In this document: in pieces, positions 13,767 through 24,600 of the stretch
Layout of the letters: the number at the start of each line of letters is the position of its first letter
How positions within the stretch are numbered: the first letter of the stretch is position 1
Source: Trichinella spiralis
Lineage: Eukaryota
DNA length: 64,000 nt
Assembly: GCF_000181795.1 (NCBI RefSeq)
Contig: NW_003526941.1
Coordinates: forward strand, 6,678,428 to 6,742,427
Direction: 5' to 3'
Made by a program: the position numbers and the translations under genes
The notes under the pieces: model-generated
What the model was told of the DNA's origin: nothing
The model's database searches: none
Seen by the model: only the letters and a program-made list of their open reading frames with translations

Positions 13767-16144
13767 ATGATATCTCGGTTAGTTGCTCATTCGAAGCTTT
13801 GTCCAAATTTGTCTGTGATATCGGCACGCAGTATTTTTGGAAATTTTTCTGGAACCGGTGGTGGTGTTCTGCATTTCATGAGTGGTTCCAGTGGTAATGG
13901 CTAGATTGAAAATTTTTTTCATGTAATATAAGTTCATAATAATTAGTTTTCGTTTTCAGTTAAAAATCAGCTTGGTTTCCGCTTAGTCAGCCATTCTGCA
14001 TGGCCTTTGTTTACAGCTTCGAAAGTTGATTTTCAAAAAGAAGATTTAGTAATGAAAGAAGAATTAAAACGATACGATGAAACTATGCGCAAAAATACCA
14101 AGTATGGTTTGGCAATATTGGGGATTGGTTGTCTCATTGCAGGTGGCGTAGCGGTAGCCAAGTGGGGAGGCCCTGTAAAAGACGATCTCGGTTTTCCGGT
14201 AAGCCGTATCAATTATTATTGAATTAAAATCATTTTATTAAATAAAACATCTTATAGGTTGTGGACGAATTTTCCGAAAGTGAATTTTCGATAAAATTGT
14301 AGAATGATGCGTGATGTTTTGATATGGTTCTCTTTTAGTGCCATTTTTGAAACAACGAATTTTGAGAACTTGGAAACAGATTCGTTTGCTTGAAAAAGTG
14401 AGTGAATTTTAATTTACATTTGAAATATTTATTATTATTGTTTTTTAAATGAAAATTCAGTATATCAAAGAGCCTAGTCGCGATATACTTCTGCCCGATC
14501 CTTTGAAAGAACCGTATTATCAACCTCCATTTACTTTGGTCATCGAGTTGACTGGTGTTCTTGTTCATCCTGATTGGACAGTATGTTTATTTTATTGAAT
14601 TAAAAAATGAGCTATAAAATTAATTTCAGTACCAGACTGGTTGGAGATTCAAAAAGCGTCCGGCAGTGGAACACTTTATCAAACAAGTGGGTTTTCCGAA
14701 TTTTGAAGTGGTTATTTTTACATCTGAACCTGGGATTGTAAGTTTTTTCTTAAAACGATGGCCAGTAGTGTTTCATTTGTGCGTTGTTTTTTTAGTCGGC
14801 TTTTCCAATTATCGATAGTCTTGATCCTCAGGGGTTGATCATGTACAGACTGTTCCGCGATGCAACTAAATACGTCAACGGACACCATGTCAAGGTAAGT
14901 ATTTTTAGTATAATTTCAGTGGTGAGGAAGTGTTCAGTTCAACTGCATCTTACTATATGTTCTTAAATAATTTTTAAATGTCATATTTTTAATTTTTCAA
15001 TAATTAAACAATATAATGATTAATAAAATTAATTGTTTTTGATAAATCAGTAAAGATTTAAACAGTAAGCATTTTTCGCTGCTCAAATGAATTTTTAGTT
15101 GTGCACTGTAGCATCTATCCTGATTATTATTTATAAAGTACATTTGTAGTGAAGACTAAATTTAATTATTTTATCATCTGTAACATAATAATCGTGCAGT
15201 TTACGCGAAATACACTTTTAAATTTGTTTCATCATTTCGTGTGCTTTATATTCATTTAAATTTTGCACCTGAACATAGAAGTTAATGATCAATCAATCCA
15301 ATTTTTCAAATTGTTGGTTGTGCTGACAATTGCTGACATCAGTTTTTGTTTAATTTATTTGTCTGGAATACGATCGGTTTCGATCTGCTTGCCGGATAAA
15401 TATTTTATTTGATATTGATTTTAAAATGTAAATTAAATTGAATAATTGAGTATATATTTTAAAAATTGCGCAATTATTCAAGTTGTGTTTTTCTATATAA
15501 TTTTCAGTTTGACAAATTTAGCGATTTATAAATTTAGAAGAAGGATGGTGTAATAATTTGCAATCAGATATACATGGAAGTGTCGGCTTTGAAGAAATTT
15601 AAATTTTTTAATATTTAGGATTTGTCGCGTTTGAACCGTGATTTGTCTAGAGTGATTTTGATCGACTGGGATCCGAAATCGTTTCAACTGCAACCGGAAA
15701 ATGTACTTCGTTTGCCGAAATGGGAAGGTTCAGATTCCGATTTGGGTTTAGTTGAATTGGCTTCTTTTCTGAAAAGTAAATATATTGCAATTATTGATGT
15801 TATGTAATAATTGATATTGATGATATAATTGTTGTTTATTTCACAGCTTTGGCTGCAAGCGGCATAAAAGATGTGCGTCCAGTTCTTCAATATTATAGTT
15901 CTTTTGATAATCCATTGGAAGAATATCGCAAAAAGAGACAACAGTTAGAGGTTCATAAATTTTGCTTACAACTTTTTCCATATACATTATTTATAATGTT
16001 GTACTTCTTGAATTTGAATTTCTTTATTTGTTTTGTTGTATTTTACAGGAAGAACAAGAAAAGCTGAACGATTCAAGCAAACCTTTCACCGGACCGAAAG
16101 CTAGTTCATTTATGGGTCGATTTTGGCAACGCAAAAGCATCTAA
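13767..16144 (+). CDS. tim50: Mitochondrial import inner membrane translocase subunit TIM50 (scpl-4-like), 10 exons, ~376 aa
   Basis: Exons 13767-13893, 13960-14198, 14258-14279, 14339-14397, 14461-14580, 14630-14737, 14796-14894, 15619-15775, 15847-15950 and 16049-16144. All GT-AG; 1131 nt in frame. Presequence-like N-terminus and one TM ([19 protein letters not shown]). Tim50 motifs [78 protein letters not shown] and DVRPVLQYY. Confidence 0.95.
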
Positions 16145-17728
16145 TGAAGAAAAATTGGCAGTTTTCGTGAGTGCAAAAAAATCATCAAGCATGTGTTGTA
16201 ATTTTCTTTATTTTTCAATTTACTTCTGCAAAATTTTAGTTCGATACTTTTGCAATTTGCAATCTGCAATTGTGAAAATTAAAATATACATATATATATA
16301 TATGCAAATATCGGAAGAGATAGATGTTGAGAACGGTGACATTTTTAAGCTTTTTCATTATTAATTTATTTATTCCACTTATAATCAAACAAGTGATTAA
16401 GTAGAAGTAGATTTTTGTTTGTGCACAGTGCAACGCGTTTGCTTCTAGCTCAAAGCAGAATTACTTGCAGCGAGTGAGAGTGCTCGCTGTTGCGTTTGCA
16501 ATCGATTTGCTCTTGCGTGTTGGTTCTTTGTAAAAATTTGTGCTCGGATCTTATTTTCAATTATGTGCTTTTATTTTTATTTAAATTTTTTAATGTTTTA
16601 TTTTATACAATTGATTTTAATTGTTTTTTGTTGTTATTGTGAGAAATATGTGATGAAAAAAACTTGACTCAGCTCTTGGGATAGTTTTATCTTTTCCATT
16701 AATAATATTATTTTTTTTGCTGCGAAGATTGTCAATAATTTTTCATTTGTCATCAGTGAGAATAATAATGATAATAATAATTTAACTGATTTTGGAGTAA
16801 TTTGAGGTTTCTGTTTATAGTAACGGCCGTTTTCTGACATTCTTGCATAGCAACATTGTTTAATTAAATTTTCCACCAGAAAGCAGTGGAAAACCTTGTG
16901 CAACAGCAATTGCTAATGAATATTTAATTTGCATGAAACTGAAAAATGCAAATATTATCTTTTTTTTGTTCCGCAATAACAACAAATTCATTTGCAACAA
17001 AGTTTCTCATTTATAGTATTTTATTGTCTTGTTGAAATTTCAATAAAACAAAAAAGGATATGTATATTCCATAACCTCCCCCCCCCTCTTCACTTCTTTG
17101 TTTCGAATTTCATTTTTCATACTTTCGATTGTTCTCGGCTTCAGCTCGGATAACCAAGTAAAATCCTACTGCGCACGATCGGGCAGGCTAACGATTAGGC
17201 AAGCAGACAGTGTGGTCGGGATGCGAGCAAAAACGGAAAAATTCAACGATGCATGACCAGCTGTCAATTAGCGGTTGCCATCAATCTAGTGTAGACAGTG
17301 GTGAACAATTAATAATAGCTAACTCTGTTGTATAGATAGATTACGTTGAAATTACGGTTACAAAATTGTGTTTATTGCTTTTGTCATTATTACCATTAAG
17401 TGGGCGTTGTCAATGTTGCGTGTAGAAATGGCGAAACTGATTCTCACAATCTACTATTGATTGGTGAATTCAGTTCTGTAAACTAAGAAGAAATGTGAGC
17501 TGTGTATTTTTGTTTCTTTGGTGCATATGTAGTAGAAGAGAGAGAGAGTGATGTAGAAGCTTTGTGCAAATTTGTTTATTTGACATGTGGTTGCTTGTGC
17601 ATGTGCGTGGTGTGTGTGTGTGTGTGTTTCATTGATTATTGTCAAAACACAAGGGGAATAATGGAAGCAAAAAAATACATATATTATATACCTGTTGATC
17701 GAGGGAGAAGCGGTGATTTGGGGTTCAA

Positions 17729-18268
17729 TCACTGTTTTGAGTGGTTGACAAACCAGCGTATGTGACCGGCATATTCGTGGAAAAGCTTGACGAGATTCTT
17801 TTTTTGCAACAACAAGCACAGCAGGCAAAAAATCAAACCAATAGCCATGAACACTCCGGCTACGAACTCGAATTCGCTCTGCTTCTGACTGAGCAGCACA
17901 ATGATGGCCGACGTGATCAGAGTTATGCCGACGATCAGGAAGCCGCCCACGCTGAGCACTGTACCTTGACTTGACAAGCCGGTGCCGTGAGAGGCGATCA
18001 ACTTCTGCTGTTGTGGATACTGTGGCACCAAACTGGCGCTGGATGTGGACATTGGCGATTGGTCAGCGGCAAATGAGACAGTTTTATTCTTGTTGTTGTT
18101 GTTGTTGTTGTTCGAAACTGAGCCTGGGATATTCGAGCTCGTATCCAACGTGATTCTTACCACTGGAGTTTCACCGGGCGGCTGGTTTGTAGTAGTTGTT
18201 GCTGTTGCAACTGGTTGATCGTCCACAACGTTCGGTTGATCAGTTTCAATTTGCATGTTTAATTTCAT
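17729..18268 (-). CDS. Uncharacterised small membrane protein with two C-terminal TM helices (~179 aa from first ATG)
   Basis: Long ORF with higher GC than its flanks. Low-complexity T/N/Q/S-rich N-terminus, then hydrophobic segments TVLSVGGFLIVGITLITSAIIVLL and FVAGVFMAIGLIFCLLCLLL separated by a short loop, followed by basic QKKN. Confidence 0.75.
   Translation of the reverse strand: MKLNMQIETDQPNVVDDQPVATATTTTNQPPGETPVVRITLDTSSNIPGSVSNNNNNNNKNKTVSFAADQSPMSTSSASLVPQYPQQQKLIASHGTGLSSQGTVLSVGGFLIVGITLITSAIIVLLSQKQSEFEFVAGVFMAIGLIFCLLCLLLQKKNLVKLFHEYAGHIRWFVNHSKQ
18090..18111. repeat. (TTG)n microsatellite encoding a poly-Asn tract in the 2-TM protein
   Basis: Run of ttg repeats. Confidence 0.85.
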
Positions 18269-21200
18269 TTCACATGTCCGAATTGAGGGGAGTAAAGCAA
18301 TCTTTCTATTGTTGTCGTTGTCGTCGTTCAGTGAGTAATAATTATGTGAGCAATGAAATTTGCCCAACACGATAACAGTGCCAACGGGCGCAGCAACCAA
18401 AATTCACAGACTTGAGAACAAAAGCTCTCGCCTGCTCTGTACACAAAATTGCACAAGCACACGACTTACGTCAGCGCCAGAAGAAGCACGCTTTTGCTTT
18501 TCTATATTTATCTACTTTCCAGTGTAAACAATAATACACGCACTTTACGCATGCGTGTGTGTGGCGCCTCTTGTACAAAGATTGAGTGGGTAATGAGATG
18601 ACAATTGCAGTTGTTTTTTTTTCTATACTGTCATTATTATTATTTTTATCCACTGTGTAGATGTGATATTTTTTTGAAAAACGCTTCTGAATGATCAGTC
18701 AGTCAGTCGCAGCCTTTGCCAGGTGGTGCTTTGGGATCTGACTGTGACGTCAACCAATGACGACCCGCTTCTGCTGTCTAGCTTGGCCTGTTTCGTCGAA
18801 CAGCCGGCTTGCAAAAGGCATACTTTTTGAAATTTATTAAATCGGTGAGCTGGTTGTTGGTGTCATTGAAAATTTCTTGTCATGTCGTTGAGTACAGTGA
18901 TAATTTTTCCTGAATTTCCCCCCCCCCCCCACAAACACACACCCATTGGTGCGTTGCAATTGGCATCGAAAATTTAGCACACAAATTGCCCTCCAAAACT
19001 TTCCAAATTGACAAATCATTTCAACTGAAATGGTCCAGAACGACCGTGCACGCATGTTTTCCACCATTCAGGTTGCCTGTATGCGCATATTGCATAATTT
19101 TATTTATTTGTTCCTTGTACAAAAATTTGCATTTTTCATGTTGCCAATTTCGCTCATCTTTAGCGGCGTTGGACAAGGAAGCCTTGTTGGCGAACCGGCT
19201 CAGTTAACCTCGGGGGAAGAGGGGGTGATTCGTTGAATGTTAATGAAATTGTGAACGACAATGCTACGCCTGCCTTGAGAACAGTTAATGATCAGTTATT
19301 CGCGTAAATGCGCGAAAGATGAGCACCGCCAAAAGATCGATTGTCGGCGGAATAATTGAAATTACAATTTACAATTGTGGGCGAAAATTTTTCCAACTGT
19401 GACCTTAATCGTCTATTACATCATTTAAAAATAGAAACGTGAGAAATTTGTTCATTACACATACATATATACACGTATGTTCAGCAATTCATATTATTTT
19501 TATTAGCACAATTTTATTTCATTAATTTTAAAAAGCATTTTTATTTTGAACAATGTAATACTTTTTGAGGTGTAAATTTTGTATTCAACATTGTTTTTTG
19601 AAAAACTTTTGAACGAAAAAGTAGGCAACATATTGTTATGGAAAAAGTAACCTTTTGGAATTTTTTCAAAATTTCCAACAAATGATTGCGGTAATTTGTT
19701 GCTCACTAGTATGTATATTGTGAGAATTTGAAAAAAAAAGTATGAAAAATGAAACGCACAAAATTTACAATTTATTAGTTTAAATGTTATTTCAAAAAAT
19801 ACCAATTCTTTGAAGCCCACACAGTGATCGAATAAATTTGCACAGGTTGTTAACAGTTTCATGAAACTGCGAAAAGAAAATCATCATTTAAAAGGTAATT
19901 TGAAATTTTTTATTAATTAATTAAATATTTCATAAATATCATTTCTTGAGACAGCATAAATTAAAATATAACAAGTTTGATTCAAGTTTGACAAGCAAGT
20001 TCGATTCACTGCATCTAATACAGTATGACTTTTGATTGTCACTGATGAATTTGTTCTCGGGAATATTTTCCACCTTTAATTTGAATGAACCATTTATTCT
20101 TCAGCATGTAGCAGCCTATCGGTGCAACTCTGGTCAATCAAAACCATTCAAAACACAAAGCTAAGGTAACTATTACATTGATTGTTGTACAGTGCTTTTT
20201 TTTCATTGCAGTGTTCAATAAAAATAGTACACAGTGTTAAGATTTTTATTGAATGTACTTCTAATTTTAAAACGAAACTCAATCTTGTTTTTTTTACTTA
20301 AAGAATCTTTTTTTAAATGTAAAGTGTTGCTGAAGGAAAATGAAATGTTTTTGTTTCTAAATATTTGAAATTTTCATCTAATGTTGTGTTAATCATAATT
20401 ATTGAGCTTTTGTTCTTTCGCAATTAGCATAATTTCTTTTTTTTGGTATTTTACAATTCCATATTTTGATTGTAAATCATATTAATGTTTGAAATTAACT
20501 TTTTTAGAGTGTAATCTGAAAAAAAAGAAATGAAAGCATTAACATCAAGGTAATATTGATGTTTTTAATTTTCAAATCGTTAGTAGTTTCAGCATGAATT
20601 AATTTTATATTCAATTTTAAAATAATTTTCTTAATTATCCAAGTTTTTTTTTCAGTTTTTGAACTAATTTTTCGGTTTCTTAAAATGTTTCTGAGAAATT
20701 TAATTATACACTACGTCAGTGGTAAATGACTGTTGAAATGTAGGAATGTACAATATTCGCCATCTGACAGTTAACGTTGAAATGTGTTTTTTACGTTATT
20801 TAATTTATTAGTTTTAGTGCTTATGTATTATCCCAACAATATATATTTTACGTAATTTAACAGTTCATTATATGAAATTTGAAAATATTAAAAGATGGCG
20901 AAGAATGTGGATCCAAAATTTACAGTACTAATACGAGATTTTCAAGATTATGCAATTTTTAAAAAATTTCACATTTTAACTTTTTGAAGCTTACTAATAG
21001 TAATAATTTATGGTTTATTGTCATTTATTAATGTTTTGAATGTTTTTGTGATTTATGAATTTAAAATAACTGCTATTTTTCAGGTTAAAATTTGTCAGCA
21101 CTTATTTGCTTTATATGATTGGCAGCCACTTATTTCAACTAAAACGGCAACAGCAGCAACATCGAAAACAACAGCAACTACTACTACTACTACTTCTACT

Positions 21201-21654
21201 ACAATTTTGTTACAACCAATATTCAGGTATGTGATATTTTTTTTATTGAAATTACTTTCACTGTTGGTGTGACGCTGATTTTCCATCGAAATTTCTCCAC
21301 ACTGCACTATGAAATATGTGACTAGGCATTCGGTATAAATAGCGAATTTTCTAAATCAGAAATAGAATATGAATGTGTAAGAACTTTTTCCAAACACTTC
21401 TAAGTATTTTGTGAGAACAATATTGAAAAATAGTTTGGTGAGAGAGGAATAGGTGATGAAGTGGATTTAGAAGCAATTAAAAGAAAAAAACAGTCACGAG
21501 CGAAGAATGATGATGTTAGGATGTATTATTATATTGCTGTGGCAGTATTGCAGCAAACTGTAAGGCCTCAGGTAGCGACTGTGCGCACGACGAAACGGTA
21601 CAAATTATAATTAGTGTTAGAGAAATGAAGCAAAGTGGAATTGTTTTCTTTCAA

Positions 21655-24600
21655 TCACAGATTTGACTCGCCATACAGTTGATGGCTAAAAGAGACATAG
21701 TCAAAAGATCCGGGCGGTGCGCCTGGTCCTCTGTAGGCAGGCATTTTTTGCACACAGTATTCGGCTTGGTCAGGCGGTAACTCATGTCGTAGCTCTTCGG
21801 CGGTAATAAATGGCTATAAAATTATGAGGAAGAACATTTTACAAAGGGAAGCTTTTTTCCAAATCAATTTTTGCATACATACCTTTCCATTGGCCAACAC
21901 CCGGAAAGATTCGATCACCTGTTCAGAACTGTCCATGTCTAGAGTTTCACGTGTCATAAAATCCAAGAAGGCATCGAACTGCACTCGTCCAGTTCGATTA
22001 GGATCTACTACTGTTAAGATTCGTTGAAATTCCATATCACCCTTAAAAATAACAATTGAATGTGAAACTGAACTGCAACTCGATCATCGATCGATCAGTG
22101 GTTTTGTGGAATTATTTACCTCTCTTCCAGGTTTTATATTGTAACCAATGGAGATGAGACATGATTTGAATTCTTCAGCATCTAGACCAAGGCGACTTTT
22201 ATCAAAATGATTGTAAGAAGTACGGAATTCATTGAGTTGATCATCGCGTATTCCTTTTGTATCTCTGGTCAATATCTGAAAGAGATAAAGGAAAAAGGTT
22301 GGTCATCTTGTTGACTTACATACACCAATTTGCGTATACATACTTGATTTTCGATTTCATTGATTGTCTTGTTGATATTTGTCAGAAGTGTCTCCCAGCC
22401 GACGTACAGAGTTTCCATTGTATATTGTGTGAATGGATTTTCACAGATATAACTTTCTTGCAGTTGTTGGTTGATTCTTTCCAATTCGTCCATATTCAGT
22501 TTGTAATTTTCAACAGAACGATAAAGATCAAGCAAACGTTGCAGGGCTTGTTCCAATGAACCCCGACCTCCCAGTGCAATTGTGGCTACTTGTGAAAGTT
22601 GCTGTTCCAGATAAGGTCCGACTGCATTTGCTTTTTCAGCGAACGTACGACGTAGCCGGTCATTAGCTGAAATTGCAATTTGCTCACAACAGCCAACAAA
22701 ATCATTGTGGTTTGAAAATATGATATTATGATTCAAGATTACTAGAGATACAGCATAATTATGAACGGTAGTTTGAATTGTTCAGTTTGCTTATTATGTT
22801 CATTATCAACAGTTGCAGAGATGATATCAAATTGGAAAGTACACTCACATTGCTGTCTGTTCATTTCTTGCTGAAGTTGATTATCTCTGTTTGGAACCAA
22901 AATTTGCATGTGTTGCCATTTTTTTTGAATCTCAGCTCCACTGATAGTTGTGTACGGATTGACGGCCATTTCTCGATTTAGTCCATTGCTTTCGACCAAA
23001 TGTCGAACTTCTTGTTCTAAGCCAATGATGTGTCTAAACTCCTCTTCCGCTTCGCCTAGTGTAGCTTTGAATTGATCGTGCGCATGTGCAAGACTCTAAA
23101 ATGCATTTTGTTTTCCCCATTTTGTATCACTATTCAGCGATTAAGCAATACTGTTGCCTACCTGAATTTCACTCATTGTATGTACAATGAACATATCCTG
23201 CAAATCTTCCGTGGCACCATCCAACCAATTGTTGAATGGCTAAAAGCAGAGTCGTATATAATATTATATTCATGCTCTCATTGTGAATAGAAGAATGTTC
23301 TTACAGCGGCTCGTTTTGCCAATTCCAAATGGAGATTGTCGATACGTTCCATCAGTATTTCTGCATCTTTCAAATTTTGTCCACGTTTATTGGAAAGCAT
23401 TCCCAATCGATCCCACTGGTCACATATACGTTGACATCTTGCATTAACCGAAACAATGTCAACATAGTGCAGAGCCCTAAAATTTTTTGCATAATGATCA
23501 ACAAGTGATGAGTGTGTGATTAATGGTGGAAAATAAAAATACGTCAATTCTTGGGCAATGGCGACGATCTGTTCAACTCGATCTTGATGAGCAGCCAAGT
23601 CAGATTCGAATGCTTCGTGTCGTTTTCTCAGCGCTTTCAGTTCGTACAAATAGCTGCCTTTGTAATCGCCCGACGAGAGCATCTGCTCCTTTCCCTGGGC
23701 CCATTCTTCGTGAATGGCACATTTTCGGCGAAATTTTTCCGCTAGATGTTCCAATCTTTCCAATCTGCAATCAAAAGCGATCTTAGTCATTTGGATCGAT
23801 GGCCAAAAGTAGAAATATTTAGAAAAGATCAAACAACGTTGTGCGTACAAAGAATTTCAATTTTTCCCCATTCCAGCTGGCAACAATGGGAAAGTGCAGG
23901 AGAGGGTAATTTTAAATTTACCCAAAAAAGGTCACCCAAAATTAAACATCGTTGTCAGTTTTCTTTGTAAGCATTGTTGTTATATTATAACATTAATTAT
24001 CGTTGCAATATGATGACGAATAAGAACATATTTGTTAAAAAAAAAAGAAATGTCTTGCCTCATCATTTCTGAAAGCAGCCATTCTTCGAATCCTTTTTCA
24101 GCGTTTAATAGATTCTTCCAAGCACCGTTGATATCCTATATAAATAATTTTCAAGACAAACTCACCGATATTGAATAAATAGTACTTTTTTTCCAAATAA
24201 TTCAAACGTACATAATAATATCTGATGTGGTGAAGGGCAAGAAAGAAATGCTTCAAGTTTTGCTCACCTGTATCATTTTGCCTTCTGTTGGTAAATAGGC
24301 AGGTCGATTGGAGAGACGTAATTTTGTCTGAAGGGTGTTGAAGTTGGTTTCAAGGCGACCTTTCTGTTCGATTCGAGGTGGCTTTTCTCGACGCCTGTAT
24401 TGTCTGAATTCATTCAACATCTGCTGTACATTTTTCAACGTTCCGTCGGTAGTTCGGTTCTTGAGCCAAGGAAGCCAGCGACGAATCCACTCCAACAACT
24501 AGGATATGATTTGAAATTTTAAAAAGAAGAAAAAAAAACCATTTTAAAATCCTTCTGTATTAATTACATCAGTTGCCAGTTGTTCATATTCTTCCATGAG

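Noticed and set aside
14540..14560. TIM50 lacks the DxDxT phosphatase motif (reads ELTGV)
   Set aside because: A degenerate motif is normal for animal Tim50.
22170..22210. Shortened EF-hand loop in actinin ([13 protein letters not shown])
   Set aside because: Degenerate EF loops are common in alpha-actinins, and no alternative EF exon is visible in the short flanking introns.
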